DNA of 64,000 nt, from assembly GCF_965641715.1 (NCBI RefSeq), contig NZ_OZ282453.1, one strand, 5' to 3'. Shown one piece after another: positions 9,753 to 17,890 of the stretch; positions within the stretch are counted from its first letter, which is position 1, and every line of letters begins with the position of its first letter. This DNA is from Escherichia coli. GTDB lineage: Bacteria > Pseudomonadota > Gammaproteobacteria > Enterobacterales > Enterobacteriaceae. The notes under the pieces were generated by a model. The model was not told the origin of the DNA, searched no databases, and was given only the letters and a program-made list of their open reading frames with translations. The position numbers and the translations under genes were made by a program.

Positions 9753-10805
9753 TTAGCTGTCGGCGAACTTCAGGCCAGTGACCATCGCGCACTTGCCATA
9801 GTCTTCAACGACATAAGCGTCATTGATGGACTGGTAAGTGGCGATGCGGTTGTATTCCGGCTCGTCTTTCATCAGGCGACGCATTGAGCCTCTCTGCCAG
9901 TAAATTGACAGGTTGTTGAATGAGGTAATCAGCATCGTTGCATCCGGGAAGAACGGCGCAAGGAATACATCCAGCCCGCCAATGGTGCGCGATGACAGGA
10001 TGAGCTGTCCGGCGAGTAATTCCGCATTGGGATTCTGGCCGCTGATGCTGTTCAGAACGGGCAGACGCAGCGAGTTAAACAGGTTGCGCCCCATAATCAC
10101 CACGAGGTCGTCTGCTTCCTTGTGCCATTCATCCAGCAGGGATGAGCGCGCGTCCTGTACGAGTGCATCAGCGTTCGCATACTTACCCGCGTGCGCCACG
10201 GTGTTGTCCATGTTGCGGGAAGTCAGCGTCACGTCATTCATTACGCGTTCACTGGCATCGGTTCTGATGTGCTCCAGCCAGCCCACGTTAACGTCCTGAA
10301 GCAGCTTGTTGGTGCTGAAATTGGATTTTTCCGCGTGTGATGTGCCGTTAAAGCCGATCATGATGCGGTCAAGCGCCACCTGCCGGGCAATCTGTGTGCT
10401 GATGCGCGACTGAAAATCGCTGTGAGCCGCCCAGGCATCAAGCTTCGGATACGAAATAAAGGTGTCGTAGTTCACCTGTTCACACTGGTACTGACGAGCC
10501 TTCATATCGACAGCGTTAATCGGATTACGGCGATCTGTGCCGTCATAACTGGTATTCGTGCGCGCAATCGGCCCGGTGGTGTCCAGGAGAACTTTTTCGC
10601 CTTTCTGGTCAGTTACACCGATTACGTTAATTCTTTTCGTAAATTCGGTACTTTCCTTTGAAGCGTTTTCAAAACGCTGTTGTACCGATGGATTGACGGT
10701 AAATCGCGATACCAGCGCAGAAACCGGGATATTGTTAAGCGACGCCTGCTGCGTCATGTAGCAGCCCAGCTTGTTACGGGCATTATCTGACATCACCAGA
10801 TTCAT
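9753..10805 (-). CDS. Major capsid protein gpN-like
   Basis: 350 aa; strong resemblance to P2 gpN (GFNGTS, NLSIYW regions); position after scaffold. Confidence 0.9.
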   Translation of the reverse strand: MNLVMSDNARNKLGCYMTQQASLNNIPVSALVSRFTVNPSVQQRFENASKESTEFTKRINVIGVTDQKGEKVLLDTTGPIARTNTSYDGTDRRNPINAVDMKARQYQCEQVNYDTFISYPKLDAWAAHSDFQSRISTQIARQVALDRIMIGFNGTSHAEKSNFSTNKLLQDVNVGWLEHIRTDASERVMNDVTLTSRNMDNTVAHAGKYANADALVQDARSSLLDEWHKEADDLVVIMGRNLFNSLRLPVLNSISGQNPNAELLAGQLILSSRTIGGLDVFLAPFFPDATMLITSFNNLSIYWQRGSMRRLMKDEPEYNRIATYQSINDAYVVEDYGKCAMVTGLKFADS

Positions 10806-10828
10806 AAAAATTTTGCTCCTTTGTCTTA

Positions 10829-11665
10829 TCAGAAGTCAGCCAGTTGGTCGGAGGCTGCGCCCGTTGCGGTGAACCGGTTCTGCGGATCGCCGTCCTGCGT
10901 GCGCAGTTTTTCCTTCAGTGCTGTCAGCTCTGTGGTCAGTGACGTGATTTTCTGACGGTCCTGCTTATGGCGGGCTTCCAGTGCATTAAAACGGTCGATA
11001 ATGTCGGCCTGTGACGTTGCGACGCCTTCCACCGCTTCCTGAATACGGGAAAAACTGGCGTCATCCGCTTTGCGGCCACGGCCAATAATTCCCATTACGC
11101 GGTTAAACCACTGGGTGCCTTCTTCCTGGCGTTGTTCTGCCATTTCGATGATTTCAGACTCGATGGCTTCGGAGATAAGCGGAGCCTCACCCTGGACACT
11201 GTTGAATTTCATCACTGCCTGACGTTGCTGTGCCGTGAATTTCAGACGTTCAGTGCCCAGGCTTGCCGGGGTGTCGGTCATCGCCAGCCCGACCAGATAG
11301 GCGCGCCCGTTAACGGAGAACTGCGGGTGCAGTTCGATACTGGAATAAATTTTCTTGCCGTCAGCGACAAGCTTCTTCATGCGCTCGGTCGGTTCGATTT
11401 CTGCATACAGCGCAGTACGCCCGGCCAGCGGACCTTCCGTAATGTCTTCCGTACTCAGTGCGGTGACATCGCCCATTGCGGAAAATTCGCTTGACGGGCA
11501 TGGCGAGAGATAGTGCTCAACGTTCACGCGGGCAGCGTAAACATCCGGGTCGAAGTTCTCAGCAGCTTCACGCAGATGCACCGGACTGATTTCGCGGCCA
11601 TCAACAGTTGATCCGGAGACAGCCACGCGAAACTTTTTGCGTGATGTCTTTTTTTCATTAGCCAT
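10829..11665 (-). CDS. Capsid scaffolding protein gpO-like; start proposed at ATG 11665
   Basis: Track ORF runs to 11698; from MANEKK...FRVAVSGSTVDGREISP it parallels the P2 gpO N-terminus; LVGLAMTDTPASLGTE motif. Confidence 0.85.
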   Translation of the reverse strand: MANEKKTSRKKFRVAVSGSTVDGREISPVHLREAAENFDPDVYAARVNVEHYLSPCPSSEFSAMGDVTALSTEDITEGPLAGRTALYAEIEPTERMKKLVADGKKIYSSIELHPQFSVNGRAYLVGLAMTDTPASLGTERLKFTAQQRQAVMKFNSVQGEAPLISEAIESEIIEMAEQRQEEGTQWFNRVMGIIGRGRKADDASFSRIQEAVEGVATSQADIIDRFNALEARHKQDRQKITSLTTELTALKEKLRTQDGDPQNRFTATGAASDQLADF

Positions 11666-11819
11666 AGTTTTTGCCCCTCTGACTGGTTCTTCAGTCATGA
11701 TGGCAAAGCGTAACAGGCTGATACAAAGGGCTTTTGTTGTAAGAAAATGGCCAGAACAGGGGGTTAAGGAGAACGGTTTCGCGCGCGGGTAATCTTCCTG
11801 TAATTACTCAGGGGGAGCA

Positions 11820-13571
11820 ATGATTCAGGACGCTTTTGTGCGCCAGCGTGCGCGACAACTTTACTGGCAGGGTTATCCGCCCGCTGAAATATCACGTCTG
11901 ATGGGAATAAACCCGAACACGATTTATGCGTGGAAAAAACGCGACCAGTGGGATGAAACGCCACCCGTGCAGCGTGTCACGCAGTCCATCGATGCGCGCC
12001 TCATCCAGCTTACTGAAAAACAGAATAAAACAGGCGGTGACTTTAAGGAAATAGACCTGCTGACCCGGCAGCTTAAAAAACTGCATGATGGCCAGCCGGA
12101 TGCGACGGCCACAGGAAAGAAAGGCCGGGCGAAAAAGCTTAAAAATCATTTCACGCCGGAACAGATTGCCGCACTGCGGGAAAAAATCATCAGCAGGCTG
12201 GAGTGGCATCAGCGGGGCTGGTTTGACTCCCTGACCCTTTGCAGGGAAGCCGGGATACGTAACAGGATGATCCTGAAATCCCGACAGATTGGGGCGACCT
12301 GGTATTTTGCACAGGAAGCACTGCTGATGGCGCTGCGTGACGATGTGGCGCAACCTTACCAGCGTAACCAGATTTTTTTGTCTGCGTCGCGTCGTCAGGC
12401 GTTCCAGTTTAAAAGCATTATTCAGAAGGCTGCATCTGAAGTTGATGTGGAGCTGAAAGGGGGCGATAAAATCATCCTCTCCAACGGCGCAGAGCTGCAT
12501 TTTCTCGGCACTTCTGCTGCGACGGCACAGTCCTACACAGGCAATTTTTATTTTGATGAATTTTTCTGGGTCAGTCGCTTTGCTGAACTGCGCAAGGTGG
12601 CTGGCGCTATGGCAACCCTCAGCGGGCTGCGACGCACCTACTTCTCCACGCCATCAACCGAAACGCACGAGGCATACGTCTACTGGAACGGCGACCGCTG
12701 GAACGAGAAAAAGGCCGCGCATAAACGCCAGCGTTTTTCTGTGGACTGGAAAACGCTGCATAACGGGCTTATCTGCCCCGACCGGACGTGGCGGCAAATT
12801 GTCACGCTGGAAGATGTGGTTAATCACGGCTGGAAACACACCGATATTGATGAAATTCGTGATGAAAACACCGAAGACGAGTTCCGCAATCTCTATATGT
12901 GTGAGTTTGTCCGCGAAGGGGAATCGGCATTTAACCTGAATATCCTGATTGGCTGCGGTGTTGACGGATACGACGACTGGAAAGACTGGAAACCTTTTGC
13001 TCCCCGCCCGATGGGGAATCGTCCGGTATGGATTGGGTATGACGCAAACGGCAGCAGTGGAAACGGCGACAGTGGCGCGGTGTCCGTGGTGGTTCCTCCG
13101 GCTGTTCCTGGTGGCCGTTTTCGAACGGTGGAGACGCGACGCGTTCAGGGGCTGGAGTTTGAAGAACAGGCCAGAGTCATTGAAGAGTTCACGTGTCGCT
13201 ACAACGTGGAACACATCGGCATTGATGTGACGGGCGGGAACGGGGAGGCTGTTTATCAGATAGTGAAACGGTTTTTCCCTGCCGCTATTCCGTACACCTT
13301 CACGCTGTCATCAAAACGGTCGCTGGTACTGAAAATGCTGCAAATAATGCGTGCCGGGCGGTGGGAATACGATCGCGCCGAACGCGAGCTGGTCGCGGCC
13401 TTTAACGCCGTGCGTAAGGTGAAAACACCGGGCGGCTTTATCACTTACGAAACGGACCGCGCGAGGGGGATCAGCCACGGCGACCTTGCGTGGGCAACCA
13501 TGCTTGCTGTCATTAACGAACCAATTGGCGGCGAAGGAGAAAACGAGCGTTTCACGGTTATGGAGTTCTGA
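11820..13571 (+). CDS. Terminase large (ATPase) subunit gpP-like
   Basis: 583 aa; divergent from O as in P2; ATG preceded by GGGGGAG; terminase ATPase region. Confidence 0.9.
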   Translation: MIQDAFVRQRARQLYWQGYPPAEISRLMGINPNTIYAWKKRDQWDETPPVQRVTQSIDARLIQLTEKQNKTGGDFKEIDLLTRQLKKLHDGQPDATATGKKGRAKKLKNHFTPEQIAALREKIISRLEWHQRGWFDSLTLCREAGIRNRMILKSRQIGATWYFAQEALLMALRDDVAQPYQRNQIFLSASRRQAFQFKSIIQKAASEVDVELKGGDKIILSNGAELHFLGTSAATAQSYTGNFYFDEFFWVSRFAELRKVAGAMATLSGLRRTYFSTPSTETHEAYVYWNGDRWNEKKAAHKRQRFSVDWKTLHNGLICPDRTWRQIVTLEDVVNHGWKHTDIDEIRDENTEDEFRNLYMCEFVREGESAFNLNILIGCGVDGYDDWKDWKPFAPRPMGNRPVWIGYDANGSSGNGDSGAVSVVVPPAVPGGRFRTVETRRVQGLEFEEQARVIEEFTCRYNVEHIGIDVTGGNGEAVYQIVKRFFPAAIPYTFTLSSKRSLVLKMLQIMRAGRWEYDRAERELVAAFNAVRKVKTPGGFITYETDRARGISHGDLAWATMLAVINEPIGGEGENERFTVMEF

Positions 13572-14617
13572 TGAGCAGAAAAAATAAAAAAGTGCGCATG
13601 AGTTCACGCATTGATCTCGCTGATGCGCTCAGGAAAGAATCGTCGCTCAGTGCATTCACATTTGATGGTCCTTACCGCCTGACCGGGCATGACCTGCTGG
13701 ACAATATGTACTGTGCTGATAACGGGCGGTGGTATGAAACCCCGGTGGACTGGTACGGTCTGGCAAGAGCCGCCCGGCAAACGTCCTGGCATCAGTCTGC
13801 GCTTTACTTTAAGCGCAATGTATTGCTCGGTTGCTACATCCCGCACCCGCTGCTTTCCCGGCAGGATTTCTCGGCGCTGGCGCTGGACTGGTTTGTGTTC
13901 GGTAACGCATTCCTTGAGCTTCGGAGCAATATGCTCGGCGAACCACTTAAATTACGGCACGCACTGGCGAAATACATGCGACGCGGAAGCGATCTTGAAT
14001 CATGGTGGTATGTGCAGGATGGCAAGGACGCGTTTCAGTTTCGCCCTGGCAAAGTGTGCCACCTGATGAATCCGGACATTAACCAGGAAATTTACGGCAT
14101 GCCGGAATATCTTGGCGCATTACTCTCGGCCAGCCTGTCTCATTCGGCGGACATGTTCAGAAAACTGTACTACGACAATGGATCCCACGCCGGGTGCATC
14201 ATCTACATCGGTGCAGCGCAGGTAAACCGCGAAAGCATGGACTCCCTGAAGGAAACGCTACAGGGTGCGCGTGGTGGTGGTGCATTTAAAAACGTGCTCA
14301 TTCACGCGCCCAACGGGGGCAAAGAAGGTGTGCAAATTTTGCCGTTCCAGCAGATCACCGCAAAGGATGAGTTCATGAATGTTAAGGCGGCATCCCGTGA
14401 TGATGTGCTGGCTGCGCACCGCGTTCCGCCGCAACTGATGGGGGCGATGCCGGGCGAAAAAAGTGCGTTTGGTGATGTGGAGAAGGCAGCGCGGGTTTAC
14501 GCAATTAACGAGCTGATGCCCGTCATGGAGGCCATGAAGCATATCAATGACTGGCTTGGCGAAGAGGTGATCCGCTTTAACCCTTACGCACTGCTGGACA
14601 CCCAGCCCACATCCTGA
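13571..14617 (+). CDS. Portal protein gpQ-like
   Basis: 348 aa; start overlaps the P stop (ATGA); P2 portal-like. Confidence 0.9.
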   Translation: MSRKNKKVRMSSRIDLADALRKESSLSAFTFDGPYRLTGHDLLDNMYCADNGRWYETPVDWYGLARAARQTSWHQSALYFKRNVLLGCYIPHPLLSRQDFSALALDWFVFGNAFLELRSNMLGEPLKLRHALAKYMRRGSDLESWWYVQDGKDAFQFRPGKVCHLMNPDINQEIYGMPEYLGALLSASLSHSADMFRKLYYDNGSHAGCIIYIGAAQVNRESMDSLKETLQGARGGGAFKNVLIHAPNGGKEGVQILPFQQITAKDEFMNVKAASRDDVLAAHRVPPQLMGAMPGEKSAFGDVEKAARVYAINELMPVMEAMKHINDWLGEEVIRFNPYALLDTQPTS

Positions 14618-15141
14618 CGCGCTTCGCTTGTCTGCTGCTTCGCCGGGGCATAAAAAATTTATGCCCCGACTCTCCAGCTCCTGTATCAATCAGATAATTT
14701 CACGACGTCTTCCAGCTTATCGCCATCATCGACGGTCAGGCTCTTACGCAATCCCACCGCGTTGACTGCATGTTCTTGCCGCCTCAGTGCGATTTTGACG
14801 GCCTTATCTGTCACCCCATCAAATCAAAAGCCCTCACGCCTTTTTCACGCTCAGTGTGAGAAATACAGCCATTCTGTTGTGTCGCTGCGACATCGTTCAG
14901 GGAATGCTATTTACCCCCTGAAACGCGGGCTGTTCCCCCGTCACCTGCGCGCAGAAAAAACGCGTTTTTTTGTGCACGCACGGATCCTTGACGGATCCAG
15001 TCGCCACGCGGGCCGGAAGGGTAAAAAGTTGTTCAAAAAAATTGTGCAAATTTGTGCACTATTGTGCGGTGTATAAAATGAAAATATGGCGGTGTTATTA
15101 CTGCCCAACAAGCCGTTATACTTACGTTATGGGCGTGCATA
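14618..15141. other. Non-coding interval where cos and the packaging site are expected by P2 synteny; cos itself not identified
   Basis: Lies between portal stop and phd start; contains inverted repeat GGGGCATAAA/TTTATGCCCC (14645-14667), palindromes CTGCGCGCAG and A6CGCGT6 (14945-14970), two GGATCC sites 11 bp apart and TTGTGC repeats. Confidence 0.3.
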
Positions 15142-15498
15142 ATGGAAATGAATATGAAAACTGTAACTGATGATGAATTTCGTGAGAACCTGAGTGAAAT
15201 TCTGGATTACCTTTCTTCCGGTGGCAGTGTCGTTATCACGGCGCAGGGAGGGAAGGATGTTGTTCTTGCTGGTTCTGATCTTAGTCCTGAAATACGGGCT
15301 GTCCTTGGCAAAACCAAAAAACTGCGGGATCAAATAAACAAAATGAAGCAACCACTCTTAATAAATGCAGTGAGAGATCTGGAAAAACGTCATCCAGCTC
15401 TTGTCGCACAGAGAAAAAAAGGATTGTCTTTTGAAGATGCAATGAAGCGTACAAGAGAAAAACATGCGGATATCATTAAAAAGCTTGAGGATAACTGA
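15142..15498 (+). CDS. phd: Phd/YefM-family antitoxin (118 aa, C-terminally extended)
   Basis: N-terminus ...KTVTDDEFRENLSEILDYLSSGGSVVITAQGGKDVVLAGSD has the Phd/YefM pattern; stop overlaps the doc start (ATGA at 15498). Confidence 0.7.
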   Translation: MEMNMKTVTDDEFRENLSEILDYLSSGGSVVITAQGGKDVVLAGSDLSPEIRAVLGKTKKLRDQINKMKQPLLINAVRDLEKRHPALVAQRKKGLSFEDAMKRTREKHADIIKKLEDN

Positions 15499-15905
15499 TG
15501 GACATAGTGTTTTTGTCAAAAGAACAAGTAGAACGTATCCATGCTGAAACTTTACCCCAGAGCGGAAATGCCAATGACGGGCTACTTGAAGGTGCTTTAA
15601 ATCGCGTCAGGACACTACACTACTATGAAGGGGTTGATGATATTCATGCTCTGGCTGCTATGTATTTGATTGGTATAGCCAAGGCTCATGCCTTTCATGA
15701 TGGGAATAAACGCACAGCTTTTCAGGCTGCATCAATATTTTTAATGATGAACTCTTCCGAACTTTCAAACTCCCTGCTGCTGGTTAAATTAACGGTGTTT
15801 TCAGCAATGGGGATAGCTACCCTTGAGGAAGTTACCTTTGCTTTGAAATTGCTGTCTGATTATGGCAATGAATTAATCAGCGACTACGAAGAAGATTATA
15901 TTTAA
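15498..15905 (+). CDS. doc: Doc-family toxin (Fic fold)
   Basis: 135 aa; Fic/Doc signature HAFHDGNKRTA present; coupled to the upstream antitoxin. Confidence 0.85.
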   Translation: MDIVFLSKEQVERIHAETLPQSGNANDGLLEGALNRVRTLHYYEGVDDIHALAAMYLIGIAKAHAFHDGNKRTAFQAASIFLMMNSSELSNSLLLVKLTVFSAMGIATLEEVTFALKLLSDYGNELISDYEEDYI

Positions 15906-16071
15906 TGCTGGCATACTCTGTCGTGTTAAGACAACAGCCTTTGCGGAGACAGGGCAGGGTGCCAGACTTGCCCGCAGCGCGTCTGACATGAGCAGTTATT
16001 CATCTTTTTTATTGTTTTTCTCCATGCAGGGCGACAGTGCGCCCCGATAAAATTAAAAGCCGTCAAATTCG

Positions 16072-16407
16072 TCATTCATGCGTTTTTTCTTCATGGTCTG
16101 TCACTTCTCTCCTGATAACTTCATTGCACAAATCAACGCACTCATTGCAGATGTAAACAGACGGTCCGGCAATCACCTTTGTGACTTCGTACTGGGATTT
16201 ATTGCAGAAGCTGCAATAAATCGTCTCCTCACCTGAAGTCCATGTTTTGCTGGTTTCGCCAGACATCAGTTGTTTGAGGTCTTTTTCACGACGAAGAACT
16301 ATCTGGCCACATTCAGCTATTTTTTGGATGTTGACATTTTCTTCTTTCGCCAGCGCTTCCATCCGCTCAATCAGTCGCTGCGCTTTTTCTCTGTCAATGC
16401 GTTGCAT
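16072..16407 (-). CDS. Small protein with C-terminal ClpX-type C4 zinc-binding domain
   Basis: 111 aa; C-terminus [36 protein letters not shown] matches the ClpX N-domain (LYCSFCGKSQHEV...YICDECVDLCNDII); N-terminal half predicted helical/charged. Confidence 0.7.
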   Translation of the reverse strand: MQRIDREKAQRLIERMEALAKEENVNIQKIAECGQIVLRREKDLKQLMSGETSKTWTSGEETIYCSFCNKSQYEVTKVIAGPSVYICNECVDLCNEVIRREVTDHEEKTHE

Positions 16408-16470
16408 TGTGTCCCCCTTGTTTATGTTCCCGGGTTAAAGTCATCAGGGCGGATGCGCCCTGATGTTGTG

Positions 16471-16782
16471 TTATTCGGGAAATAACGCCCGGATATTTCC
16501 GGCCATCTGACTGGTTATCTGTGCGGTTGATACTGGCTGTGACGCGGGGCGTTCTGTCCTGGTTTGTGTCACTGATAACGCTTCATCATCAGCCCATGCA
16601 GCCAGTCGGTAAGCCTCTGCCGGATTCATTTTCAGAAGTGCCAGCCCGGCCAGAAAAGCCACGCGTTGGCCGCTTTTGCGCGCTTCTGGTGTAAGGCTGT
16701 CCAGCCAGGCGCATGCTTCACCTTCGTTCTTGACGGCGGCGGGCTTCAGATAGAAACTTATCCGTCTGGTTGGAGTCGTCAT
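16471..16782 (-). CDS. parR: ParR-like DNA-binding partition adaptor; start at ATG 16782
   Basis: 103 aa from MTTPTRRISFYLKPAAV...; aligns with what I recall of R1 ParR (RRTIAFKLNPDV...LDS...AGLAL); ATG lies 5 nt after the parM stop, with AGGAG upstream. Confidence 0.55.
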   Translation of the reverse strand: MTTPTRRISFYLKPAAVKNEGEACAWLDSLTPEARKSGQRVAFLAGLALLKMNPAEAYRLAAWADDEALSVTQTRTERPASQPVSTAQITSQMAGNIRALFPE

Positions 16783-16786
16783 TGGT

Positions 16787-17746
16787 TTACTCCTTGTCCA
16801 TTGCGTACAGCCCATTAACCAGAGCAAACTGTGGCACCCCGTCCGCGATGAAAGTCGCATTAACTCCGCAGGCTTCGCGGATAGCGGGTGCCACAATCTC
16901 CGCCCCGCCACCGACAACCATCACCCGCCCGTAACCCGAAAAAACCGCCAGCGCGCGGATCACGCGTTGTTTCAGTGTTTCTTCCTTTTCACGAATAACC
17001 GCCATCAGGCTGGCGTAATGCGCGTCATTGTGGATGTGCTGGCGCAACCAGGCTTCATCATGGCGATGTTCGATAATGGTATTGGCGATGTGGTGACTGA
17101 TACGCATACCGTTAGTGGCCATCACCGACAGTACGGCATCGGCCATCAGGGAAACGCCTACGTGTGGATCGCAAAACACCTGGCTGATACCTGCCAGTTG
17201 CCCCTGAACCTTTGCCACATCCAGTGTGGTTCCGCCCAAATCCACAATCAGCAGGGATTCAAGCGGACTCATGTCAGCCAGTGCTTTAAAGCCAGCCGGA
17301 ATGGATTCAGGCATAACCCGTACGTTACGGATAGTGAATGTTTCGCCGTTCTGGTACTCCACCGGGCGCATAACGTTCGCTTTTTTGCGGCTGATGTTGG
17401 CCATGTCCGGCTGTGCGTTTGTGTCGAAATACTCGCTCAATGGCAGGGTGACAACCACATCCACCTCCTGTGGCGTGATGCCTGATTTGACCAGCGCGTG
17501 ATGAATGGCAATGACATTCACATCGCTGTACTGGTATTGCGTGTCGGTCGTCTGGACAAAGCGATCGCTGACCGGATCAAAACCATAGCGCACGCCATCA
17601 AGCATGTAGTTCGCGGGCTGCGAGCCACCGAACGGCGCAGACCATTCCGACTTGAAGCTGTTCGGGCTGATGGCGTTGCGGCGTTCGCCGTTCTCAGTCC
17701 ATGCCAGCTTGATGTTGGTGGAGCCGTCGTCGATACAAATTTTCAT
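16787..17746 (-). CDS. parM: ParM/StbA actin-like partition ATPase
   Basis: 319 aa; MKICIDDGSTNIKL..., ISPNSF, YSDVNV, KKAN, FTI.NV.VMPESIPAG, DLGGTTLD and VMV.GGGAE blocks parallel plasmid R1 ParM. Confidence 0.9.
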   Translation of the reverse strand: MKICIDDGSTNIKLAWTENGERRNAISPNSFKSEWSAPFGGSQPANYMLDGVRYGFDPVSDRFVQTTDTQYQYSDVNVIAIHHALVKSGITPQEVDVVVTLPLSEYFDTNAQPDMANISRKKANVMRPVEYQNGETFTIRNVRVMPESIPAGFKALADMSPLESLLIVDLGGTTLDVAKVQGQLAGISQVFCDPHVGVSLMADAVLSVMATNGMRISHHIANTIIEHRHDEAWLRQHIHNDAHYASLMAVIREKEETLKQRVIRALAVFSGYGRVMVVGGGAEIVAPAIREACGVNATFIADGVPQFALVNGLYAMDKE

Positions 17747-17783
17747 GTCGCTTTTCCTTATGTTGATTAATTAATCGTTTACA

Positions 17784-17890
17784 GGATTTTTAAATCCCGC
17801 TTTTGCCTGTTTTGTGCGCGCTTCATATATCGCGGCACGTTTTTTGCTCATTTATGGGATTTGTGAATCCCGTTTCTGTCTGTTTTTTGT
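17784..17890. repeat. Two imperfect 33-bp direct repeats, each with a GGGATT/AATCCC hairpin and T-run, upstream of parM and overlapping the 3' end of gene A
   Basis: GGATTTTTAAATCCCGCTTTTGCCTGTTTTGTG (17784-17816) and GGATTTGTGAATCCCGTTTCTGTCTGTTTTTTGT (17857-17890). Confidence 0.5.

Noticed and set aside
11699-11819. Ogr-type late promoter dyad (TGT-N12-ACA) between divergent O and P
   Set aside because: Only TGT...ACA with non-canonical spacing (N15 or N18) was found; divergent promoters are expected here, but I could not match the consensus.
14762-15076. 104-aa plus-strand ORF downstream of the portal gene
   Set aside because: Lies in the repeat- and palindrome-rich non-coding region expected to hold cos and promoters; no ribosome-binding site; composition looks non-coding.
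14618-17822. old (OLD nuclease) or tin homologues in the P2 hotspot
   Set aside because: None of the four proteins shows an ATPase-plus-TOPRIM (Old) or Tin-like pattern; the cargo is different.
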